NCBI GenBank assembly: GCA_039024355.1
Contig: JBCCQL010000001.1
Coordinates: 1 to 31,273, forward strand
Reading direction: 5' to 3'
Origin: Planctomycetota bacterium
GTDB lineage: Bacteria > Planctomycetota > Planctomycetia > Pirellulales > Lacipirellulaceae
DNA: 31,273 nt
The notes under the pieces are model-generated. The model saw only the letters and a program-made list of their open reading frames with translations. It was not told the origin of the DNA and did no database searches. The position numbers and the translations under genes are program-made. Shown in pieces: positions 8,934 to 18,073 of the stretch. Within the stretch, counting starts at the first letter, position 1. Each line of letters begins with the position of its first letter.

Positions 8934-9047
8934 TATGGCGGCTATTTGCCGGCGAGCGTCGCGATCGCCCGTTCGGCGACGCGTAGGTCGCCGGCTGCCT
9001 GTCCGCTACTGCACTCCGTCTGTTTGCACCCTCCTGCCCCGCTGCCT

Positions 9048-10418
9048 GTGTCGATCTCCGAGCCATCGCCGACTGCTGCCGCTACCGACGGGGGCGACGC
9101 CGAGGACCGCGAGCTGTGGGCAGCGCTCGACGCGGTGCGTGGCGCCATCGAGCAGGTCGAGCGGTGCAACCCGGCCGAGCGCGACGCCCTGGTGGCCGAG
9201 CTGCGTGAGCTGAAGGACCTCGCCAAGAAGCTGCGTAGCGGGCGGGTGGAGATTGTCGTGTTCGGCGAGATCAGCACCGGCAAGAGCGCGCTGATCAACG
9301 CGTTGACGGGCGCCTCGGTCGCGTCGGTGAGCGTCCGCGGCGGGTGGACCAAAGACGTCTGGCGGCTGGACTGGGAAGGCGCCGGCTACTGCCTGCCGGG
9401 GTTCGACCAGTCGGAGGTGGTGCTGGTCGACACGCCGGGGCTGAACGAAGTGGGCGGCGCCGACCGCGCGGACATGGCCCGCTCCGCCGCCGAGCGGGCG
9501 GACCTGATCTTGTTCGTCACGGACTCCGACCTGAACGAGACCGAGCACAACGCCCTGTCGGACCTGGCGGCCTGCCACAAGCCGATGCTGCTGGTGGTCA
9601 ACAAGACCGACCTGTACACCCCGCAGCAGCTGGAGGACCTGAAGACCGCCTTGCTGGAAGACCGCGTGGCGGGCGTGCTGGACCCGGCGGACGTCGTCTT
9701 CACGGCGGCCGACCCGCGCGAGGTGCAGCACGTGATCGAGGCGGCCGACGGCACGACGCGCGAAGAGTGGCGCAAGCCGCCGCCGCGGATCGACGACCTG
9801 CGGGCCCGCATCCTCGAGGTGCTCGAGGCGGACGGCTCGTCGCTGATCGCGTTGAGCGCGTCGATGTACGCGGCGGACCGGAGCGACCGCGTGGCGGCCC
9901 TGCGGGTGAAGCTGCGGAACTCCAAGGCCAGCGGCGTGATCTGGACCTACGCCGTGGCGAAGGCGATGGCCGTGGCCCTGAACCCGGTGGCCGTGGCCGA
10001 CGTGGCGGGCGGCGCCGCGGTGGACGCGGCCATGGTGGCGACGCTGGCCGGCGTCTACGGCATCAAGATCACGACGGCCAACGCCGGCCAGCTGGTGGTG
10101 TCGATCGTCAAGGCGGCCGGCTGGGTGCTGGCGGCGGAGCTGGCCGCCAGCTACGGCGCGTCGGCGCTCAAGGCGTTGTCGCTGGGCTCGGTCACGCCGC
10201 TCACGGCGCTGCCCCAGGGCGCCGCGGCGGGCTACGGCAGCTACATCGTGGGGCAGGCCGCCCGCTACTACTTCGAGCAGGGGGCCAGCTGGGGCGGCCG
10301 GGGGCCCAAGAGCGTGGTGGCCGACGTGCTGAAGAACACCGACAAGCAGTCCGTCATCGGCCGGCTGCGGGGCGAGATCAAAGCCAAGCTGCGGTCCAAC
10401 CGCCACGCCGGGTCGTAG
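9048..10418 (+). CDS. Second Era-like GTPase with DUF697/YcjF-type C-terminal domain
   Basis: G1 GEISTGKSA, G3 DTPG, G4 NKTD and LNPVAVADV...QGAAAGYGSYIVG. Start placed at GTG 9048 because the upstream part of the 8667 ORF is the 13-mer array and does not look coding. Confidence 0.85.
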   Translation: MSISEPSPTAAATDGGDAEDRELWAALDAVRGAIEQVERCNPAERDALVAELRELKDLAKKLRSGRVEIVVFGEISTGKSALINALTGASVASVSVRGGWTKDVWRLDWEGAGYCLPGFDQSEVVLVDTPGLNEVGGADRADMARSAAERADLILFVTDSDLNETEHNALSDLAACHKPMLLVVNKTDLYTPQQLEDLKTALLEDRVAGVLDPADVVFTAADPREVQHVIEAADGTTREEWRKPPPRIDDLRARILEVLEADGSSLIALSASMYAADRSDRVAALRVKLRNSKASGVIWTYAVAKAMAVALNPVAVADVAGGAAVDAAMVATLAGVYGIKITTANAGQLVVSIVKAAGWVLAAELAASYGASALKALSLGSVTPLTALPQGAAAGYGSYIVGQAARYYFEQGASWGGRGPKSVVADVLKNTDKQSVIGRLRGEIKAKLRSNRHAGS

Positions 10419-10444
10419 TGCCTGAGGGCGCCGCGACGCCCGCC

Positions 10445-11005
10445 TCAGCCCATGCCGCGGAGCCCGGCGGCCCGCAGCCGGTCGGCCAGCCACGCCTCGA
10501 CCTGCGGCACGAACGGCAGCTTGGTCAGCACCGCCATCAGCAGCAGCCCCGCCATGGCGAGCAGCCAGCGGTCGCCGTGGACAAAGCCGTACACGATCAG
10601 GCAGAACACAGCGGGCCCGTCCAGCAAGGCGACCGACACGGCCACGCCTTTCGCGTAGCCACGCAGCAGGCGATCAATGGCGGCCGGCTCGTCCGCTGGC
10701 AGGTTCCGCGTAGAGAGCGAGCAGACGGCCGACCCGATCAGCCGGTGCAGCACGAGCGCCGCCAGGGCGAGCACCAACGCCACCTGCGCGGCCACGCGGC
10801 CGCCATCGTTGTTTGCCGCCGCATTGGCGGCGGGCGGTGCGGCTTCGGCGTCTGCCGGCGCCGCGGGCGGCAATTCCGCCGGGCCGTACACAACCGTCAC
10901 GACGACGCCCAGCGTGATCAACCCCATCGCCATGGCGCCCACAAACACCTGCATCGACAACACCTGCTGCCGGAGCTTGGAAGCGGTTTGGCTGTCTAGC
11001 TGCAT
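10445..11005 (-). CDS. Hypothetical membrane protein, about 4 TM helices
   Basis: ATG start, four hydrophobic segments, an Ala/Pro linker and a VALLDGPAVF helix. Confidence 0.75.
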   Translation of the reverse strand: MQLDSQTASKLRQQVLSMQVFVGAMAMGLITLGVVVTVVYGPAELPPAAPADAEAAPPAANAAANNDGGRVAAQVALVLALAALVLHRLIGSAVCSLSTRNLPADEPAAIDRLLRGYAKGVAVSVALLDGPAVFCLIVYGFVHGDRWLLAMAGLLLMAVLTKLPFVPQVEAWLADRLRAAGLRGMG

Positions 11006-11187
11006 GTCGTTGCGCTTCGCTGCGTGGTGCTCTGGTTCTCGATGCGAGCCGTGCCGCCGCCCGCCGCGGTGAGGCTAGAGCAGGTGGGACAGGCGTGGCG
11101 GTGACCGTACAATGCGATGGCGATCGACGCGGGTCAATCGCCCCGCATACGTGCCACGCACCCTTGCTCGTCCCGGCGGCCGCTACG

Positions 11188-11970
11188 TTGGAAACCATCC
11201 AGGGCAACCTGTACGACCACCCGCGGTACTACGACCTGGTGTTCGGGTCGGACTGGAAGGCGGAGTTTGACTTCTTGCGGGCGTGCTTCGACCGGCACGC
11301 GACGGGCGCCGTCCGCCGGCTGTATGAGCCCGCGTGCGGCACCGGCCGGCTGATGTACCGCCTGGCGAAGGCCGGCTACGACGTGGCCGGCAGCGACATC
11401 AACCCGGCGGCCGTGGCGTTCTGCAACGCCCGGCTGAAGCGGCACGGCCTGCCGGAGGCCGCCGCCGTGGGCGACATGTGCGACTTCCGCCTCCGCAAGA
11501 AGGCGGACGCCATGTTCAACACCATCAACAGCTTCCGCCACCTCGGCAGCGAGCGGCAGGCGGAAGACCACCTGCGGTGCGTGGCGGCGTCGCTCCGGCG
11601 GGGCGGGCTGTACCTGCTGGGCCTGCACCTGACGCCGGCCCGCGGCGCCCCGCTGGCGGACGAGGAGAGCTGGGCCGCCCGCCGGGGGCACCTGAGCGTG
11701 CTGTCCCGCATGTGGACCATCGAGACCAACCGCCGCGCCCGCCGCGAGACGGTTGGTATGAGCTTTGACGTTTATACCCCGTCGCGGAGCGTCCGCCTGG
11801 TGAATCGCACCGACTTCCGGATCTACACCGCCCGGCAGATGGACGATCTAATCCAACGCGTGCCATCGCTGCGGATCGCCCAGACGTACGACTTCGCCTA
11901 CCGCATGGACCAGCCGATTGACGTGGGCCCCGAGACCGAAGACGTCGTCTTCGTCCTGCAGAAGCGGTAG
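11188..11970 (+). CDS. Class I SAM-dependent methyltransferase
   Basis: Motif I YEPACGTGR, acidic GSDIN and VGDMCDF. TTG 11188 chosen as the likely start; the ORF extends to 11095. Confidence 0.88.
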   Translation: METIQGNLYDHPRYYDLVFGSDWKAEFDFLRACFDRHATGAVRRLYEPACGTGRLMYRLAKAGYDVAGSDINPAAVAFCNARLKRHGLPEAAAVGDMCDFRLRKKADAMFNTINSFRHLGSERQAEDHLRCVAASLRRGGLYLLGLHLTPARGAPLADEESWAARRGHLSVLSRMWTIETNRRARRETVGMSFDVYTPSRSVRLVNRTDFRIYTARQMDDLIQRVPSLRIAQTYDFAYRMDQPIDVGPETEDVVFVLQKR

Positions 11971-11998
11971 GCCGGCTGGCAAGAGCGTCGGTCGTAGT

Positions 11999-13408
11999 GT
12001 GGCGGGCGAGGCCAAGCGACAACCCGCGGATCACTTCAGGGCGGATACTGCAATCGCTACCGAGCAGGAACAACGCCGAGCACCGCCCCAGCCCAGCGGC
12101 TGGCGGCACGCCTACACCGCCAGCGAACCGTGGCAACCCTTCGCCCGGGCGGTGCTGGATCAGCTAGGGCTGCGGCTCGGTGTCGATAGCGAGGGCGACG
12201 GCCCGCGCCTGACCGTCACCGCACAGCAGGCGGCGGCCCAGCTGCACGCGGCGCACCCGCCCGGCCGCCTGTGGTCCGGCGGGCTGAAGACGCGGCGCCG
12301 CAGGCCGGAGGCCGCCGTCGCCACGCCGGAGTTTGTTGGCGAAGGCCCCGCCCAGTTGCTGGCGTGGCTGGCCGAGCGTCTGGCGGGCCACGACACGCTG
12401 CCCTGCTTCACCCCGCGGGACGAGCCGCACGCCGTCCACGAGTTCGTGAACCCGATGTTCGCCGCGTACACGGTCGACGGCGGCATGGTCCACCTGGGCG
12501 GCTGCCACTTGGAAGACTGGCCGATGCTGCGGCTGACGACCTTCTCGGACACGGCAGCAGCCGGGGCGCCCGGCGTGACGCACCGCTTCTTCGACGCCGA
12601 GGGCCACGCCGTCGACGCCGCCTTGGCCGAGGGCCTCCGCGTGCTCGAAGTCGAAGCCGCCCGAGGGCAGCGGCCGCGGCGCCGCCGCGAAGCATGGCGG
12701 CCGGCCATCGCCACGGCCACCGCCGGCAGCAAGCAGGGTTCGCCGGCGATCGCGTCGCTCGTGCTCGCCAAGCGGGCGCACGGCCGGCTGGCGGTGACCA
12801 TCGGCGAGGCGACCCACGAGATCGAGTTCGCCGGCTGGACCCGCACGCTCACCGCCCCGCCGGCCACCTGCCCCGAAACGGGCGTCGAGACCTACCACCT
12901 GACGGCGCTGGCCGACGGGCGGATCGTCGCGGCAGAGGCCGCCGCCCGCTGCGAAGCGACCGGCGACCGGCGGCTGAAGCGGGACCTCGCCACGTGCGCG
13001 GTGACCGGCAAGACCATGGGCGTCGAACTCACCGAGCGTTGCCCGGTGCTCGGCAAGCCGGTGCGGAAGGACGCCTTCGGCACGTGCCCGACGTGCAGCG
13101 AGCGGGTCGCCCGCACAACGCTGCTCAGCCAGACGTGCCTGTGCTGCCACGAGCCGCCACGCGCAGCCCGCGACAATGACCGCGTCGCCGCACTGCTGGG
13201 CGCCCACGCCGGGCTCCGCTCGTTCGGCCGGTGGCGACTCTCGGAAACCGAGACGGCCGTCGTCTTCCGCGGCCGCAAGCTCTTGCGGCAGGTCTTGGTG
13301 GTGGTCGACCGGAAGACCCACGCCGTGCGTGAGTGCAAGTCCCGCACGCTCCGCGGGAAGTGGCAGCCGTGGGACGCCGACCGTGGCGGGCCGAGGGACT
13401 CGGCATGA
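11999..13408 (+). CDS. Hypothetical protein with Cys-rich, putative Zn-binding C-terminal repeats
   Basis: CPETG, CEATG, CAVTG, CPVLG, CPTC and CLCC in the last third. The stop overlaps the next start (ATGA 13405-13408). Start uncertain. Confidence 0.75.
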   Translation: MAGEAKRQPADHFRADTAIATEQEQRRAPPQPSGWRHAYTASEPWQPFARAVLDQLGLRLGVDSEGDGPRLTVTAQQAAAQLHAAHPPGRLWSGGLKTRRRRPEAAVATPEFVGEGPAQLLAWLAERLAGHDTLPCFTPRDEPHAVHEFVNPMFAAYTVDGGMVHLGGCHLEDWPMLRLTTFSDTAAAGAPGVTHRFFDAEGHAVDAALAEGLRVLEVEAARGQRPRRRREAWRPAIATATAGSKQGSPAIASLVLAKRAHGRLAVTIGEATHEIEFAGWTRTLTAPPATCPETGVETYHLTALADGRIVAAEAAARCEATGDRRLKRDLATCAVTGKTMGVELTERCPVLGKPVRKDAFGTCPTCSERVARTTLLSQTCLCCHEPPRAARDNDRVAALLGAHAGLRSFGRWRLSETETAVVFRGRKLLRQVLVVVDRKTHAVRECKSRTLRGKWQPWDADRGGPRDSA

Positions 13409-14544
13409 GCCGGCCGCTCCGCGTCGTGCAGGCGATCCCGTCGCTCGACCCGGCGGGCGGCGGTCCGCCCGTGGTGGTGGCGTCGCTCGCCGCGGCCCAG
13501 GCCGCCGCCGGCGCCAACGTCACACTGGCGCACGGCAGCGACCCCGCCGCAGAAGAGCGTGTGACCGGCCTGCTTGCCGGCATCCCCGGCATCGACCGAG
13601 TGACGCTGGTCCACGGCACGCTGGCCGCCGCGCTCGGCAGCGGCGCCGCGCCCGACGCCGTCCACCTGCATGGCTTCTGGGAGCGCTGGCTGTTCGCCGG
13701 CGCCAAGGCCGCCCGGCACGCCGGCGTGCCGACCGTCCTCACGCCGCACGGCATGCTGCACCCGTGGTCGATGCAGCAGAAGCGGATCAAGAAGGCGGTG
13801 GCCATGCGGCTGGGCTACGCGGGCATGCTCCGCCGGGCAGCGATGGTCCACGCCCTGAACGAGCCAGAGCGGCAGATCCTCCTGTGGATCGACCCCAAGG
13901 CAAACGTGCGGGTGATCCCCAACGGCATCTTCCTCGAAAGCTTCGCGTCGCTACCCGCGCGGGGCGAGTTCCGCCGGCGGCACCCAGAGCTGACCGAGGG
14001 GCCGCTGGTGCTGTTTATCTCGCGGCTGCACTACAAGAAGGGCCTGGACATCCTGGCGGAGGCCTTCGCCATGCTGCTGAAGACGCGGCCGGATGCGCGG
14101 CTGGTGGTGATTGGGCCCGACGGGGGCTACGAGGCCGCCTTCCGCCAGCACGCGGAGCGGCTCGGCATCGCCAAGCAAACGACGATGCCGGGGCCGCAGT
14201 ACGGGCACGCGAAGCTGGCCGCCCTGTGCGACGCCGACTGCTTCTGCCTGCCCAGCCGGCAAGAAGGCTTCTCGATCGCGATTACCGAGGCCTTGGCGTG
14301 CGGGGCGCCCTGCGTGGTGAGCCGCGACTGCAACTACCCGGAGGTCGCCGAGGCCGGCGCCGGCGTAGTGACGTCGCTCGACCCGGCCGAGGTCGCCCGC
14401 GGGATCGAGTCGGTCCTGACGGGCGACGACGCACGCAGCCGGCTCGGAGGAGCGGGCCGGGAGCTGGTCGCCACGCGCTTCACGTGGCCGCGGATCGCCG
14501 AGACCGCGTTTGAGGCCTACTCGGCGAGCGGCATCGGGCCGTAG
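13405..14544 (+). CDS. GT4-family (GT-B) glycosyltransferase
   Basis: LDPAGGGP N-terminus, VHLHG, TPHG, FISRLHYKKG and the EGFSIAITEALACG (E-x7-E) signature. ATGA-coupled to the upstream gene. Confidence 0.92.
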   Translation: MSRPLRVVQAIPSLDPAGGGPPVVVASLAAAQAAAGANVTLAHGSDPAAEERVTGLLAGIPGIDRVTLVHGTLAAALGSGAAPDAVHLHGFWERWLFAGAKAARHAGVPTVLTPHGMLHPWSMQQKRIKKAVAMRLGYAGMLRRAAMVHALNEPERQILLWIDPKANVRVIPNGIFLESFASLPARGEFRRRHPELTEGPLVLFISRLHYKKGLDILAEAFAMLLKTRPDARLVVIGPDGGYEAAFRQHAERLGIAKQTTMPGPQYGHAKLAALCDADCFCLPSRQEGFSIAITEALACGAPCVVSRDCNYPEVAEAGAGVVTSLDPAEVARGIESVLTGDDARSRLGGAGRELVATRFTWPRIAETAFEAYSASGIGP

Positions 14545-14590
14545 CCAGCGCCGGCGGCGGTGGGGTGGCCCTCGCCCGGCAGCGACACGT

Positions 14591-15127
14591 TCAGGCCCGT
14601 CGCCCCGGCCCGAACGCCGTGTAGACGCCAACGCCCACAACCAGCGCCGCCGCCGCCACGCCCAGCGACAACCATCGGCCGACGCGGTAAAGCTGCACCG
14701 TGCGTTCCAAGCGGGGATCGACCGTGTTGCCGGTCGCCGCGCGGACGTTCAGCGTCATGGGGCGGAAGACCCGCCACCAGTTGGCCCAACTCTGCTCAGG
14801 AGTCCAGCTGCCGATGACCTGCTGATTCCAGGCGGCGATCTGCATGGGGTTGGGCGGGCGGGGCTCGTTGGCCCACAGGTAGCCGGCCGCCCCGGCGAAC
14901 AAGGCCCCCACAAGCAGCGAGCCGGCGAGGAAACCCTGCCGGAAGCCCCACGCCGGCCCGCCGTCGGCGGCGGCGGCCTCTCGGTCGATCGGCAGCGAGC
15001 GGAGCCGCGACAGCGGCGGCACGTCGAGCCGCTGCCCGCAGCCACACACCACGACATCGCCGGCCTGCCGCGGCAAGACCGGCACGGTTTGGCCGCACGG
15101 GCAAGGCAATAAGTGGGCGGTCGCCAT
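14591..15127 (-). CDS. Hypothetical membrane protein with N-terminal zinc ribbon
   Basis: ATG 15127 gives MATAHLLPCPCGQ...CGCG, then two TM helices. The longer ORF start at 15313 looks non-coding. Confidence 0.75.
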   Translation of the reverse strand: MATAHLLPCPCGQTVPVLPRQAGDVVVCGCGQRLDVPPLSRLRSLPIDREAAAADGGPAWGFRQGFLAGSLLVGALFAGAAGYLWANEPRPPNPMQIAAWNQQVIGSWTPEQSWANWWRVFRPMTLNVRAATGNTVDPRLERTVQLYRVGRWLSLGVAAAALVVGVGVYTAFGPGRRA

Positions 15128-16297
15128 GCAAGCTCGCCGGTAGGGTTGGCGTTGGGGTACGCCGGTTGGGTCTGCGGGGGTTGGCGCCAGGGATGCGGGC
15201 GATCGATTGACTCGCCCCGCCACGGGCGCTGAGCAGAGCACCGCGGGTCGGCGCCGGCTGCTGCCTGAAGCAACGCGGTGCTCCGCAAAGGCTTGTCTTG
15301 CCGCGGCCAGCACCCTGTACGAGGAGTTCGTACCGGCCGTTTTACCGCGTCGATGGTAGGGATTTTTGCGCTTTTGCCTATGGACCGAGGCGTCGACGGA
15401 AATAAAATTTAGTGTTCCGGCCTAGCACCGCAGCTAAATCCGCGGCGACGGCTGACTGGCGACCAACACCCCACCGCGGGTAGTCCTCCGTCCTCCTTAA
15501 GGCCTTGCGCCCTGCGGAAGACGTTCGACGGCCGTCAGTCCTGTAAGCCCCTCGCACGGCAACCCCCAAAGCCCGCCGGCCGGGCAGCCCAGATTCGCAC
15601 CTGCCGCACGAAGGTGGCAGTCGCGGCAGCACGAGTCCAGCGTCAGTCCAGCTGGGCAAGCCAGTAAGACAAAAGCGGTTTGGCGACCGCGTGCTGTGCC
15701 GCGAGTCGCCACGCGGAGTCCAAGCGCGAGTCTTCGTGTGTGCCGCGAGCCTTGCCGAGTGGCGAAGAGCGAACGATCTGTTGGGGTTGATCCAACGTAC
15801 AGCAAGGACCGGCCCGACGGACGGGCGACTCAACTGGCGCGGCGCCGCTCATGCTTCTGCCGTCACCTGCAGAGCGAACTTAACAGAGGCCAAAGCGGGA
15901 AATGCCTCCGGCCGGCGTGCACAACGCACACGGCACAGCCGCAGATCGCGGCACGGACAACGCAGCCGCAATCCTTTGCCAAATACGGTGCAGGCGGCCG
16001 GCCGTGTGGTGGGGGTGTTAGAATTCGGGGTCGCGAAGGGCTCAGCGCATCGTGGGCCCAACGCAGACAGGAACCGATGCAGCGCAGAACGGAAGACGCA
16101 ACATCGAGCAACCCGCAACGGCGCCGTGGCGCCAATGGCGTTGCCGTGAACGCCTAGACCATGCCCACAACCGGTCACCGATAGCCGTTTGCTTGGCAGC
16201 CGTGTGTTTGGCGACCACGGGCCGGCGTGAGCCGGGTGGGCTCGACATCAATCGCACTCGACGCGTGGTACGACCGTTTGGTTAGGAGTAAAGCACT

Positions 16298-17848
16298 TTG
16301 TTCGATTCATTGCTGGATCACGATATCGACGAGGCCGGCGCGGTGGTTACCGAGGCCGTCAACGAGCTGAACCCGCGCGTGCCGGCCGATGAGGAGGCCG
16401 AGGCCCAGCCGGCCGTCGCCGTGGCGACCGAAGAGGCCGACAACGAGAGCGGACCGCTGGACGTCGACGACAACGAGTCCTGGTCCGACGACCCGGTGCG
16501 GATGTACCTGACGCAGATGGGCGAGATCCCGCTGCTGACCCGCAAGGAAGAGATCTGCCTGGCCCGGCGTATCGAGAACACGCGGACCGACTTCCGCCGC
16601 AAGCTGCTTGCCTGCGACTACGTCATCCGCAACGCCGTGAAGATCCTGGAGCGTGTCCACACGGGCGACCTGCCGTTCGACCGGACGGTGCAGGTCTCCG
16701 TAACCGACCGCCTGGAGAAGGAGCAGATCCTGGGACGCATGCCGCACAACCTGCGGACGCTCCAGACGCTGCTGGAGCGCAACGCGGACGACTACCGCAT
16801 CGCCACCAGCAAGTCGCAGAAGATGGCCACCCGGCGGGCGGCGTGGAAGCGGCTGGGCCAGCGGCGGTGCCGGGCGGTGACGCTGGTCGAGGAGCTGGGC
16901 CTCCGCACGCCGCGGATCGAGCCGATGATCGACCAGCTGATCCAGTTCAACCGCCGCGTCAAAGAGCTCCGCGGCCAGCTCGACAAGATGAAGCGGGACC
17001 GCCGGCCGATGGCCGAGCGCAAGCCGCTGATCATCGAGCAGCGGAATATCCTCCGCGCCCTGCAGGAGTCGCCCACCAGCCTCAACAACCGCGTCCGCCT
17101 GCTGCAGCGGGTGTACGCCAAGTACCAGAAGGCCAAGCGGGGCCTCTCGGAGGGCAACCTGCGGCTGGTGGTGTCGATCGCCAAGAAGTACCGCAACCGC
17201 GGCCTGTCGTTCCTGGACCTGATCCAGGAGGGCAACGCCGGCCTGATGCGGGCGGTGGACAAGTTCGAGTACCGCCGCGGCTTCAAGTTCTGCACCTACG
17301 CCACGTGGTGGATCCGCCAGGCGATCACCCGCGCCGTGGCCGACCAGAGCCGCACCATCCGCATCCCCGTGCACATGGTTGAGACCATGAGCCGCGTGCG
17401 CAACGTCAGCCGCATGCTGCTGCAGCGGCTGGGCCGAGAGCCGACGATTGAAGAGACCGCCAAGGCGGCGGACTGCACCATCGAGGAGGCCCGCCGCGTG
17501 CTGGCGATGAGCCGCTACCCCATCAGCCTCGACCGGCCGGTGGGCAACAGCGAGGACAGCCACTTCGGCGACTTGCTGCCCGACGCCGGCGCGGAAAGCC
17601 CGTCGGTGGGCGCCGCCCAAGAGATGCTCCGCGGCCGGATCGGCAAGGTGCTCAAGACGCTCAGCTACCGCGAGCGCGAGATCATCAAGCTCCGCTACGG
17701 CCTGGGCGACGGCTACAGCTACACGCTGGAAGAGGTCGGCCACATCTTCAAGGTCACCCGCGAGCGGATCCGCCAGATCGAAGCCAAGGCGGTCCGCAAG
17801 CTCCAGCAACCCAGCCGCTCAGCCGAGCTGGTTGGGTTCCTCGACTGA
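16298..17848 (+). CDS. rpoD: RpoD/sigma-70 family RNA polymerase sigma factor (group 1-like)
   Basis: TAGGAG before the TTG start. Region 1.2 DDPVRMYL, region 2 [12 protein letters not shown]...DLIQEGN...[13 protein letters not shown], region 4 [17 protein letters not shown]. It could be a paralog rather than the primary sigma. Confidence 0.93.
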   Translation: MFDSLLDHDIDEAGAVVTEAVNELNPRVPADEEAEAQPAVAVATEEADNESGPLDVDDNESWSDDPVRMYLTQMGEIPLLTRKEEICLARRIENTRTDFRRKLLACDYVIRNAVKILERVHTGDLPFDRTVQVSVTDRLEKEQILGRMPHNLRTLQTLLERNADDYRIATSKSQKMATRRAAWKRLGQRRCRAVTLVEELGLRTPRIEPMIDQLIQFNRRVKELRGQLDKMKRDRRPMAERKPLIIEQRNILRALQESPTSLNNRVRLLQRVYAKYQKAKRGLSEGNLRLVVSIAKKYRNRGLSFLDLIQEGNAGLMRAVDKFEYRRGFKFCTYATWWIRQAITRAVADQSRTIRIPVHMVETMSRVRNVSRMLLQRLGREPTIEETAKAADCTIEEARRVLAMSRYPISLDRPVGNSEDSHFGDLLPDAGAESPSVGAAQEMLRGRIGKVLKTLSYREREIIKLRYGLGDGYSYTLEEVGHIFKVTRERIRQIEAKAVRKLQQPSRSAELVGFLD

Positions 17849-17886
17849 AGCCCGCCCGAGCCGGGTCGGGCGTAACCGCTGCTGCC

Positions 17887-17921
17887 AAGCCCCGTGGTCC
17901 CCGCGACCACGGGGCTTTTTT
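17887..17921 (+). terminator. Intrinsic terminator after the sigma factor gene
   Basis: Perfect 13-bp stem AAGCCCCGTGGTC/GACCACGGGGCTT, 5-nt loop, T6 tract. Confidence 0.92.
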
Positions 17922-18073
17922 GTTTCTGGCGTTGCCCGCGGCCGGGTCTGGCGACGTTCTTCTGGCAACGCCCTGCCGCGGCCGCGGTTGGCAAGGCCGC
18001 CCGGCCTGGATCGAATACCCGGGCGACGAGACGGCGACGCTTCTGCGAGGCCAACCCCATCGGAGCGGCGGCC

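Noticed and set aside
8667-9047. N-terminal extension of the second GTPase
   Set aside because: It is translated repeat and intergenic-looking sequence with weak codon bias. The paralog-like domain begins after 9048.
15378-16285. Several 60-150-aa ORFs upstream of the sigma factor
   Set aside because: No RBS, no coding-like composition and no recognisable motifs; they are mutually overlapping.
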